From Conidiobolus incongruus B7586 (lineage: Eukaryota), in contig JNEM01013221.1 in the NCBI GenBank assembly GCA_000697335.1, forward strand, positions 1-64,000: DNA of 64,000 nt, read 5' to 3'. The notes beneath the pieces are model-generated. The model saw nothing but the letters and a program-made list of their open reading frames with translations. It ran no database searches and was not told the DNA's origin. This document shows positions 27,991-39,940 of the stretch, piece after piece (positions within the stretch are counted from its first letter, which is position 1; every line of letters begins with the position of its first letter). A program made the position numbers and the translations under genes.

Positions 27991-30529
27991 TCATTAATGA
28001 AATTTAGAATTATACTAATTTTTAATTATCAATTCATGCACATTCATTCAAATTAAAATATAACTAAAATTTTTTAATTTTGAATGTTTATATAATATAT
28101 ATAATATTACATTGGTAACTCTATAAAGTTCTTTAATAATAATCAGACAGAAAAAAAAATTAGAAATATATATTAATAAATATCTTTTTTTATTATTTCC
28201 ACACTTGGTAATTTAAGCTAAATAAAAGAGTAAAGTTAGAGTTTTAATTTAATAGGAGATTTACCTTGACTTAATACTTTATTGATAAAGAATAATGAAA
28301 AATATTAATGTGGCATAATTATTACTAGTGATTATTTTGAAAATTTATAATAATTACATCAATAGTATTTTAAAATTTGATTATTCCTAGAATATCTAAT
28401 GATTTCTAATGCACCAATCAATCTTTAATGAAAACTTAAATAGGTAATCATATCAAAATATTTTGGGATTGTTCTATAATATAATTTGGTTTCAACGATA
28501 TAATACTAAATATTTTATTATTATCATTAATCAAATATAGCTTATTTAGATTACATTTTTACTATTCAAATATCAGGGAGTTGGAATTTATTACGAATGG
28601 TTAACTTTTACCATATCACCTAATTATTTTATATATATTCCATAAAATATTCTACTCACAATCTGATAAAATTACTCTCAAATGCTTTGATTTTCCAGCT
28701 TAAATTCTTGATATCATTAATCAGAGTTGCAAATTATTTTATAGTTTCTTTTTATATTATATTAAATCCTTCATTTATCAATTGTATATTAAGCATTTAT
28801 ATTAATATATTAAATAATTAGTATTATATTTAATTACAATATAAGCGCCTTAATACATCTAAGGATTATATTACTTAGTATAATATCTATCAATATTAAT
28901 AATAAATATATTAAAATATCAAGGGAATTGTTTTCAAATTTATTGTATATCTCTTTTTTCTATAATGAATTTTAATTAATTAATTTTTTTATAGTTAATC
29001 AGATAAATAGCACTGATTTAACTTTAATCATGTGTTTCTTTTTCCTCCTCTTAATATCTTACTATTCCCTCTCTGATTATATTAAAATATTATTATTTTT
29101 TTAATAATTAAGATTGCTTTTAATTTTATTATATTATATTGAGATCTTTTGATATATATTAAGTAATATAATTATATAAACTCTTATAGTTATATTAACT
29201 AATATATTTCAAACCTAATTAAACTTACTGATATATTAAGTTAATTATGTCATTTTTAATCCAAAACTTCATTTATACAATAATAACTTTAACTATTGAT
29301 AAATCTTATAAAAATATCAAAAATTAACTTTTTTAAGAAATAGTTTGGTGATTTATAAATCACAATATATAGTTTGTTAATATTTTTTGCTTAAAAATTA
29401 AAAGATATGTAAGATAATAAACTTATATTACTATAATTTATATATAACATACTTTATACCATTATGCCAATTATAACCCTGTTTTATAAGTTTTTTGTTG
29501 AATAACTCTAGGAACAAAGATTTAGATGGATATAAATTTATTTTAATAATAATGATAATAAATTTTATAAATAACATTGGTGAGTATTATCTTTTATGGC
29601 GTAAACTTATTCCTTGTAATAAGCTATTTTATCTTAATAAATTCCATTAAGAAATCTTCAATATCTGAATTCAGTTAAAGGAGTAAAAAATATATACACT
29701 TTAAATAAATAAAAGTTTTACTTAATATATAAAATAATTATTAATACAATGCGATAACAGGTTGTAAACCAATTAAATATTTTAAAAAAGTTTTTCAAAA
29801 AACCAAAATCAAGGCTTTAAATCTGATATTTGAAAAAAAGGTTTTTGAATAGGATAGTTTTGAATATTAAATCAAAATTATATTATATTATATCTTGCCT
29901 TTAAACCATACTAACATAAGTATATAAAATGAATAACTTTATAGCGATTGTTATTTATATATAAAAAACTTTATCACTATAGATTTAATTTAACTGATTT
30001 TTTTACAATTGAAAATAAACATATATTTTTTAATTAAATCATCAAAGAATATGATTCAAAATTTAATTCATAGATAATCCACCTATTATTTGTAATTTTT
30101 TATAGTCAAGAAATCTAAATTATATTTGAAAAAACCAAAAAATATAATATATTGGAAAATCAAGAATAAAATCTTTTTAAAATATGAAATGAAAAAGACA
30201 TTGAAAAAATATTTTAAAATTCAAATAAATTGAATAATTAATATTTTATTATATCTAAAGAGATCAGTATTTTAAATTTGAAAAACTAAGGATCAAATGA
30301 ATAAATATAGATTATTTGAAATATTAATACTTATTAATTATTAAAAAATAACTAATAACCCTGTAAAAATATATAACACGATTATTATTACACAAAAACA
30401 TTCAAATTTGAAAGAGTAATAGAAAATAAATATTGATATAAATTAAATATTAACCAATTTGAATTATAAAAATTGTTGTTTTTATTTTACTATTTTTTAA
30501 AATAAGCCAATTACTCAATGGAACTATTA

Positions 30530-31314
30530 TTGGAAAAGCTCAATTATAATTTCTATCTTCAAAAAACAATACTTAGTGAATGTTATTTCCTCTTATAACA
30601 CTATATGATATTAAAAATGATGATTAAACTCTTAAATAAATAAAATTAAAAACCTCAGTTTATGATATTAAATCTTAAGCTTTTATAAAAGATAATTTTA
30701 TGGTTTGTTTATGAAATAAAAAAATATTAAGAAAAATCATTATCTTTATAATACATGTAAAAAGCCATAGAATAAATAGTTTAAGAAGTAATATGTTATA
30801 TGAAATATCACAAGGTGAGAAAAACAACCAATAATATTAAAAAGAAAAATCAATATATAAATAAGGTACATAAGAAATTTACCAAATTCATTATTAAACA
30901 ATTTCATATTACGACACTTCTCAATTTAAGATTTAAAGATGGTAAGAAGAGCTTACAAATATATTAAAAATATAAGTATGGAAGCAATGCTAAGATAACC
31001 TCATTACAGATCTAAACAACCCCTACTCAACCAAATAAGAAAATACCATTGGTATAAAGTAATCATTTATAACAAGCATATTATAAGTAAAAATATAATA
31101 ATTATGGATATTTGCATATAGAAACTAAATAAGGAAAACCTTCCAAGTATCCTTAATATTATATAGATCAAGGCATCGATACTGCTAAAAATATACTCTT
31201 TCACTATCTAAGAGCCAATCAAGCTGGTCTTCCAAAATTGGTATTGGGGTTTACCCCCTTGGAGTCTCCAGGCTCTATGCAGGACTTGGACAAGGGTGAT
31301 CAAATTTAATTGTA
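30530..31314 (+). mobile_element. Decayed Fanzor2/IS607-TnpB-like element, copy 2 (may extend left to ~29400)
   Basis: EKLNYNFYLQKTILSECYF (30533); INKVHKKFTKF; MVRRAYKYIKNISMEAMLR*PHYRSKQPLLNQIRKYHWYKVIIYNKH (30939); IDQGIDTAKNILFHYL; conserved 3' end. Confidence 0.85.
31215..31314 (+). ncRNA. Putative omegaRNA scaffold / right end, copy 2
   Basis: GGGG-TTTA-CCCC (31246-31257); GGAGTC-TCCA-GGCTCT (31261-31276, fully paired with two G.U); then ATGCAGGACTTGGACAAGGGTGATCAAATTTAATTGTA. Confidence 0.6.
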
Positions 31315-31741
31315 AGCGTTCTACTGTTCTATTATCAACATGTAATAGTTATGAATTATTAACAATTTTTCTTATAACGAATGATTTTTTGTTCTATTTA
31401 TAGAGTCTGATTTCTAATATTAATAAAAATAATAGATAAAACTTAAAAATTTAAATAATTTGAATATAAGTAATTTAGAAATAAAAATTACTTAATTTGG
31501 ATAAACTAATATTTGAAATATGTTCTAATATTACTAAATTATCAAAGTTTTGAAGAATTTGAAGTTACACAAATTCTCCCATGATCTTGTTATTAATAAA
31601 TATTTTAATCTATACAATTCACACTAATATCTCAATTCAAAAATGTTGAAAATTAAAATGTAAATGAAATTCCAGTATAAATAAGAATCCAGTCACTCAA
31701 AATTCTCATTCAAAATATTTTTTTAATCAGTTTTAATTAAG

Positions 31742-32848
31742 ATGATAGAAAAACTAAAGTCCATATTTAATTCAGAAATTGCTCTGCTAGCAGTGGACTG
31801 GATCAGCTGTTTTGGTTTGTTCATATTAATTAAAATATTTGATTTTTTGGTACCTCCTTTTCAGAGACAGTTCTCTTTAACCGATGAAACCATTCAATAT
31901 ACTCACACTCTCAAAGAAACTGTGCCCAATTGGTTACTCTGGGTAAATTCATATTAGCTGTTTTTGTTATAACTTTTATTAATATTTATGTGTGTGCATT
32001 TAGGTATTTGGATTAGCTATACCGGCTGTAATCATTTTATTAAGTTATTTTAAAGTGAGAAATTCTGAGCAAATTCATTTAGCACTTATTGGTAATAATA
32101 TTTTTTTAAAAAATTAATTATTTTGATATTTATTCTTTTTAGGATTACTATTCTCTAGTGGTATTGCATATTTTATTACTCATTTTTTGAAAGTATATTT
32201 ATTCTTTTTTATTTAAAATTTTATATTAATTATTCTGTTTTATCATAGAATTTAATTGGAAGATTACGTCCCGATTTTATTGCAAGATGTCAACCTTCTG
32301 AAGATATTATCAAAGAAACTCAAAAACTTTATCAACTTTTTACAGCTGCTATTTGTAGCCAAACAGATAAATCACTACTGAGAGCTGGTATGCAGAGCTT
32401 TCCTTCAGGGCACACTTCAAGTAAATAATCATTACTTATTCAACTAAACTGTTGATTAATTTCTTTATTTTAATATTAGCTTCATTTTCAGGACTTGGGT
32501 TCTTATCATACTTTTTGAATCATATTTTACAACTCTCTCACAGAAGGGCAGGTTTATTCCAATATTATGCAGTGTTAATACCTTTTCTATTGGCTACATT
32601 CATTGGAGTGAGTAGAATTAGCGATTACCGCCACCATTGGCAAGATGTATTAGTTGGAGCTATTATCGGTAATTTGATTTAAAGTTATCAGTATATTCGC
32701 AAGATATTAATTCAAATGATTAGGTATACTATCAGCTCATTTTAGTTATACTAGATATTATAAGAAGCGAATACATCCAAGCGGAACTAGTCAAATGCTC
32801 CCATCTGATGATAATGTATTAAGTAATTTTAACAGTCGATTAGCTTAA
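31742..32848 (+). CDS. PAP2 diacylglycerol pyrophosphate / lipid phosphate phosphatase (DPP1-like), multi-exon
   Basis: K|NLIGRLRPDF, SFPSGH and SRISDYRHHWQDV catalytic motifs. Confidence 0.92.
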
Positions 32849-33408
32849 ATATATCCAATATATACATTGTTAATATCATTTAGTAATATGATAAAGCTGC
32901 ATTTTTGATACAATTATAATTGTCTAATTAATCAAATTGTTCAATCAATAAACGCATTTTATACTTTACCTCCTTATCTTGCAACCTCAAGGTTTCTGTA
33001 CAGGCCGATTGGTGTAAATGATTAATGTGTTTTATAACTTCAAATATTTCGCTATTTTATAGGATCTGTATATTGTTACACGTTTGAGTCAACACAATTA
33101 TTGTAAAAAACATCCTCTTTTAAAGCAGGTAAAAAATTAAAAAAAGAACTTATCAATAAAAATATATTAAATATATTAAATATATTAAATATATTATTCA
33201 TAACCTATACTAGCCTATCGAATAAATTACAAGTCTTGTTTTAGACAGAATATTAATATAACAACTTTGTATAACTTCACGAATTCTAATTATATAAAAT
33301 TTTAAATTTTAGTTCAAATTTAATTCTCATAGAAATTTCAAATTAAAATAATAATAATATAAACAATGAATAATTCTGTCATTTGAAATTAAAGTTTAAT
33401 TAATAAAT

Positions 33409-34446
33409 ATGGATAGAAGAAAGGAATTAAATCCAGATATATCTAACGAAAATAAAGCAAATGAGAATGAATTAATTATCCCTAATATTGATTTATATAC
33501 TTTTACACCTGATCTATTCCCTTCAATAAAGCGAACTATAGAAGCCCACATTGATGTTAAAATTAATTTGGATAAAATGTTAGAAATATTGACAAATGCT
33601 TCAATAGAACTGTAGAGCTTTGAAATGAGAGATAATGTAATCCAATAAGATTATATGATATTTCTAATACTAATAATGTGAATATTAGTCAGACGAGTTA
33701 GAGAACCAAGTTAAAAACATTATTGATAATAAAGAAAAATGTGGTTTATTCAATTATGAATTAAGAAATTTTCAAACTTTAGCACGCGCTGAAGGTAGTC
33801 ATGAGTTAGAAGTAATTATAAACTCAATCATCAAATGATATCGCTATTCAGCATTAATAATCATTTTCAAGGAATCTATATATGATCAAGTATTAAGTCA
33901 ATACGAGAAAGAGTGTAATACATTTTTTAAAAAGTCAAAAAATGCATGCTATAATGACAATGAAGATTATATTGAGTACAAAACTAAAGTATGGAAAGTT
34001 CACCACCCGAATCAACCTCTACCAAACTTGAATCGACGTAGGATTAACGATGACTTAATTGTTGCAGAAGTGCGCGAATCTCTCAAATGCCCTATTACAA
34101 CAAATTATTATGAAGATCCAGTTATTTCAAGTCAATGCAACATAGCTTCTCCAGATCTTCAATTGAAGAATGCATCCAATTAAATAGAGGAAGTTATACA
34201 TGCCCGATATCAGGTAAATCATTATCAGCTAAAAATTGAAGACCTATATTTAAATAATTGATACTTTTAGGATGTAATAAAACTATCAGACAGTCTTATT
34301 TGAGACCAAACGAAGAGCTAAAGAAAAAAGTGGAAGAACATTTGCTAGAGCAGCAAACACTAGCTGCTGATCAGGTAATTATTAAAAGATTTGATATGGC
34401 TAGTATTAAATTAATTCCTTTTAGTTTACTGTTGTTGGATAATTGA
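33409..34446 (+). pseudogene. NSE2: NSE2/MMS21 SUMO ligase of Smc5/6, with an in-frame stop and a frameshift (pseudogene or assembly errors)
   Basis: VWKVHHPNQPLP..DDLIVAEVRESLKCPIT..EDPV..C/HSFSR..TCPISG|C SP-RING. TAG at 33613-33615 lies inside exon 1; one base is missing at 34139-34140. Confidence 0.75.
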
Positions 34447-34731
34447 TATTATAATTTCTAATGAATGTATATTCTAATAAGTTTCAAATCATGATTTTTA
34501 AAATTTCCTCTTTCCTGAAGTTATCGCTATTATTTATATTTGAACATTTTTAACTAATTAAAATAGCCATTTTATGCTATATTTTAATATTAAAAAAATA
34601 TATATTAAACACGAAAATCGTATAATAAATTTATATTTCAAAACTATAAATGTTATTTATTATTTAATATTGAAAAAAAATCCATGATCAAGAGTTTGAT
34701 ATTACATTTGAATATATTAAATAAAAACAAG

Positions 34732-35942
34732 TTATTTATTATGTCTTTTTTTCTTAGGAATGGGTTCGAAGTCATCATCTGAAAGATCACTGCTAAGTGG
34801 ACTGATTGAATCATCGTCACTATATAAATTTGATCGTAAACACTCTTTTTCTTGAAATATAGCTCTGTTTTTAGAACTACTATCAGAGGAAGAAGGTTGT
34901 GGGGATAAAATTTTGGATTCAACGCTACTTTCAGAATTAATATTTAGCTTTATCAAAGTGTTGGTAGTTGTGTTGATTTCTATAGTTTGAGTGACCGACG
35001 AAGAAGGGCTTGTATTATTTGAAGAAATATCCATCAGCAGTTCATTATCCGATTTCAATGCATTGATTTTTTCATTGATTCTGGCTAATTCCAACTCTAG
35101 TTGTTGAAGTTGTGATTTTTTATCGGCTAAAACTAAAACAAAATAAATATATATATATAATAAAAATACAAAGATATATTCTGTCTTACTTTTAACAGGC
35201 TAACAAAGCAATTAGTACTATAACAAATGAAATAGAAATAACAGAACTTACATCAGTAGGTTTAGGAAGTTCAATATTTCGCCACTCGGATTCTGGAAGC
35301 TCATATCTATAAATAAAAGAGTTAGTAATTACTGCTACGATATTCACAATATATTTACAATTTTTTGTTTTCTTGAATTTTTCTTCTAATTTCTTCTCTA
35401 GACCTTTTACCTAAAACTCAAAATTAATAATTAGAAAACATCCCATTCGCAAGGATCATACCTCCGGTATTAACAATAAAATTATTCTTTCTCTTTATAT
35501 TAGGACCAGTCTTTTTTGAATTGAGCTCTCCAATAACAAATGGATCAATATGAAGATTGGCAAATTCTTCAAAAGAAATAAGCATCAAACTGATGTAAAT
35601 ATTTTTAAGTATTACCAGCAGTAGATTGTTGGCCTAACATTCTTTGAGTTTGTAAGTTCATTTGAGCAATCGTCTTCCCCATAAGACACTGTGATTCGAT
35701 AATTTTAGACCAATTCCCAATTCCGAATTTAATAAGTGCTTTCCGCAGTATCTGTACTTCTTCTGAAGTCCAACCTAAAATTGTGATAATTAAATTGAGC
35801 TGAATAAACGATAAAAAAATGACTTACCAGGAGAAAGTGTACAATTCCATAAACTTGCCGAGTCATTAGAACGTAAAACGTTCCTTTCACCCGTAGGCAT
35901 ACTTTTAGGTTTGTAAATAGCAGTAGTGGGAGGCGTTGACAT
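34732..35942 (-). CDS. Myb/homeobox-like p1 subunit homolog of the MTA1c DNA N6-adenine methyltransferase complex, multi-exon
   Basis: Spliced: LWNCTLSPG|WTSEEVQILRKALIKFGIGNWSKIIESQCLMGKTIAQMNLQTQRMLGQQSTA|EFANLHID..KRKNNFIVNTG, then a coiled coil and an acidic/basic tail. Includes a 10-nt microexon at 35190-35199. Confidence 0.8.
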
Positions 35943-37253
35943 TTTGAATAAATCAGGAATGAATAATTATTTTATAATTATTTAGTATATACTATATGCT
36001 AAAAATTTGAAAGATAGCGGGTGCGGAAAACCTATTTGAAATAACTTATTAACTCAATAAATGCCAACAAAATTTTATTATTATTGTAAAAGATAAAAAT
36101 TAGTCTCAATATAAAAAACTAATTTTGAATACAGTAAAACCAACTCATATATCGCTAATTTGAACTTAGTTTATCATGTAATGGATTTCATTTTGATTGT
36201 GGGATTTTCAGAATTAATTTCGCGTTTGAAATTCAACGTGTCTCATTTTTGAATTTGAACCCTTACTCACTTAGAATCAAGATCGATGATTGGCTAACCA
36301 TCCCGACGCGATATTATCCAATCATCCGTCTCTAAATCAAGGATTTTAATTTACTTGACAAAAATAAAGCATAAAAGTTAAAATTAACACAAATAATAAA
36401 CGTTAAATATAAATAGATTTAGATTTTATCTTTAACCGAAATTTTATATATGAATAAAACTTTAAATATTTTTTTACTTATTTGAATTTACTAAAAACGA
36501 AATATTTATTGAACATATAATATATTTACTCTGCTATTCATTCAACAAATATTTATTGTATTTAAAAAATTTGAAAATTATAATTTGTAACTATTGAATA
36601 CAAGACAATAATGATTATGTTCGAAAATTTACCAAGTCTTTATATAAAAATTTACCATAAATCATTAATGAAGCTATATTATATTCTTTTTATTTATTAG
36701 ATTTAATATTCAGACTAATGAAATATTTTAATTTTATTAATGATAAACAATTATACTTTTAATAGATTTCAATTATTCATTAGATTGGCAAAATATTATG
36801 AAAATTTATTGAATGAGATTGAGTTGGGTTATATTTAAAACCATAGTATTTAAATGATAATATTTTAATAATATTAAAAACATAATATATCCAGGTCTAT
36901 TTAGTTTAATATTCAAAAATATTTAATTGATTATAATAGTATACAAAGTATCAGAATAATAATTTTATAACTAAATTATCATGCAAATTACAAGAAAAAA
37001 AGAATACTTATTTATTTTATTTTTACATACTACATGTATCTATATTTAAATATTTATTAGTTTAAAAGTTAAATTTATACAAATTTCATTTCATTTCTGA
37101 CAAATATTTAATAAATTTGAACAAAATCAATTTGGTGAATTTTACAACCTATTTCAAATATCCCACAATTCCAAAAAAATTAAATATCTATTTTAAATAT
37201 CATTATTCTTTATACCAATTTGATATATTTAATTGTTAATAATCGAAATAAAT

Positions 37254-38626
37254 ATGAAAGATAAATCTACTCTATTTGAAGTGATAATTGGAACTTATGA
37301 AAAAATTTTATACGGTTTACAAGTTACCGAAATAAAAAATTCTAAATTTCCATTAAAAATTGAACCCAGTTTTATTATTCCTGCTCATTTAAACTCTATT
37401 AAAACTTTAAAATGTGGTGGTAGATTTTTAGCTTCCGGTAGTGCCGACGAAAACATCATGTAATTTATCTAGTCTTGAATATTTAATTTCATTTTTATTA
37501 ATACAACCCTATATAGTGTTTATGACTTGAAAAAGAGGATTGATCTTGGCACTCTAATGCATCACCAAGGTATTTTGTTATACTTAATTAAATATCGAAT
37601 TTATATTAATTTTACTATAGGTTCCATTACCTCTCTCCAATTTGTTGGTCAAAAGAACCTTCTTTCAGCAAGTGAAGATAGCTCTATTGTCATTTGGAAA
37701 ACTAAAGACTGGGAATTATTAAAAGTATTGCGTGGTCACAAGTAATATAATTACATTCATCTAATGATTTTTATTAATTTGTTATCTATTTAGGGGTCGC
37801 ATCAATGATATTTCCGTACATCCTAACGGTCAACTTGCTCTCAGTGTAGGACAAGATAAGTCACTATTCGTATGGAATTTAATGACTGGTAAAAAGGCCT
37901 CTTCCATTAATCTCAGAAAAGGTAGAATTAAATATTGATATCGCTATAATATCAATACTTATCATATTTTTAGAGGGCCTTTCTGTATTCTGGGACAAAT
38001 TGGGCACATACTATGCCGTTTTATTCGATTCATCCATTCAAATTTATAGTATTGGTGTAAGAATATTAATGTACATATAAAATTAATTTCAATTTATTCA
38101 CCACATTTTTCAATAGCTTCCAGATCCTAAGCACACTATTACTGCTAAAGCCACGAGATTCACGTCAGCTGAATTTGTTCAACACAAAGATGATATATAT
38201 TTAATTGCTGGTTGCAACAACTCTTCCTTTTATATTTATGGCCCCCTAAATGGTGATTTCAAACAAGAGAATCACTATGTTGTCAAAGGACATAAAACAA
38301 GAATCAAGTCCATCAAATTCATTGCTAAGGATGACAAAATGACCTATTTAGTCACTTCTTCATCCGATGGTTTAGTCGTCGTATGGGAATGGGACAAATT
38401 ATTAACAACTCTAAAATCTGAAAAATCTACAAACTATGATATTTCAGAAAAAATATCATCACTTGCAGTTGTATACAAACATAAGAAATTAGTTCCAGAA
38501 GTCAAACCTAATATAGAGAAAACTGAATCTAAACATGAAGATCCCATTGATCTTCCTGTGGGCGGCATATGGTTTGGAAAGGTTAGAGTTACTTGTATGG
38601 ATATCAATCCTGCTGATTATAAATAG
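37254..38626 (+). CDS. MAK11: MAK11/PAK1IP1 WD40 60S biogenesis factor, multi-exon
   Basis: IIGTYEKILYG; AHLNSIK..LASGSADE; VHPNGQLALSVGQDK..WNLMTGK; GHKTRIKS. Confidence 0.9.
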
Positions 38627-39940
38627 ACTTATTAAGTTATAATATTCTTCAAATAAATTATTAGACTTAATACATTATAAGTAATGTAAACTTATTATAG
38701 CCTTTGTTCGATGATTTTGGTATTCCAAGATTTCAATCTCTGTCAGATACAGTAATGATATCTACATCAATTTAAGTTATAGATACTTGAACAGTGCGTT
38801 GAACTTTAGATATAAAATTTGTTTAATAATTTTATATCTAACTGCTTATAGGTCATTCAATTTACAATTTGAAAATTTATAATATATTAAAAAAATTTTA
38901 TAATTTTGTTAAAATTAGAATTTTTAATCATCATTATAATTATTTTATTTTAATTTGGCAGTTAACATTATTATTGCTATCTTTTATAACGAATATAATG
39001 ATCATTGGTCAATTTAATCTTTTGAAAACAAAAATATATTTTAGACAACCTTAAATGTAAACAATTCATTATCGACAAAAGTTAATCAACATATGAAACA
39101 TTAATAAAACTACTTTTTGAAATTGTATACTGTCTATAATTCATGCAACTATCTGATCAATATAAATATATATTAACAAATTTACTTGAAAATGCTGCAA
39201 TTATGAGTTTTATTTGATATTTCACAGTATCTAAAATATATTGTATTTAATTTAAAAATTTATCTTATATTAACTAATTACAAATTTCGGGACCTATATA
39301 TTTGAGAATATATAAAGTTGAATAAATTTCACATGTTGATAGAATTATTATGCAGATAAATACTAGTTTGAATAATATATTTATTTTAATAATTATCAGT
39401 CATATATTCATATCGATTAAAATAATCTAAACTAAAATAATTCAAATTGTAAATTTTTATAATATTGAGATAATTAAAGGAAATTAACTATTAACTATTT
39501 CTGAATATTCATATTATTACTAACAATTTTGTAAAAAATTGTCTGAAATTCCCAAATATTTTCCTTGAGAACAATATTGTTAAGTATTTTTTGTTCATGA
39601 ACATATATTTCAAAGGTATATAATATATGTTGTGGTAAATGCGGAGCTATTAAAAATTTTAAGAGATAGGTGATATTTGTCTTTGAAGATATTAAAGATT
39701 TGATAAAATCAAATTTGAATACAGTCATGACCAAGTTGTATATTATGTAATAAATTGTTATAATTGTATGCAATCAGAACCTGTTCTATAATTCACACCA
39801 CTATTATCATCTCACCAATTTTCATACCCATAATTTTCCATCAACGTGAATGGAGATTTATGGATGACTGTGACCGAATAATAACGAAAATTATCTCTAG
39901 TCAATTATTACAGCTTGGAGAAATTTGAACTCTATCAACC

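Noticed and set aside
28200..29400. AT-rich stretch as a further decayed element or gene on the minus strand
   Set aside because: Looks eroded, but I could not read any diagnostic motif.
23724..32848. ISN1 + HAD + PAP2 as a phosphatase gene cluster
   Set aside because: Unrelated substrates and families; no evidence of co-regulation beyond adjacency.
33613..33615. Alternative genetic code (TAG reassignment)
   Set aside because: TAG terminates several intact genes here (REI1, MVD1, DRS1, LEU2 fusion).
12413..34446. Two SP-RING SUMO ligases (SIZ1, NSE2) in one window as a functional cluster
   Set aside because: They are 19 kb apart with unrelated genes between; ancient paralogs, probably chance.
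38869..39773. Short I/N/K/F-rich ORFs (38869-39054, 39495-39773)
   Set aside because: Composition mirrors AT-rich intergenic DNA, with non-ATG starts and no motifs.
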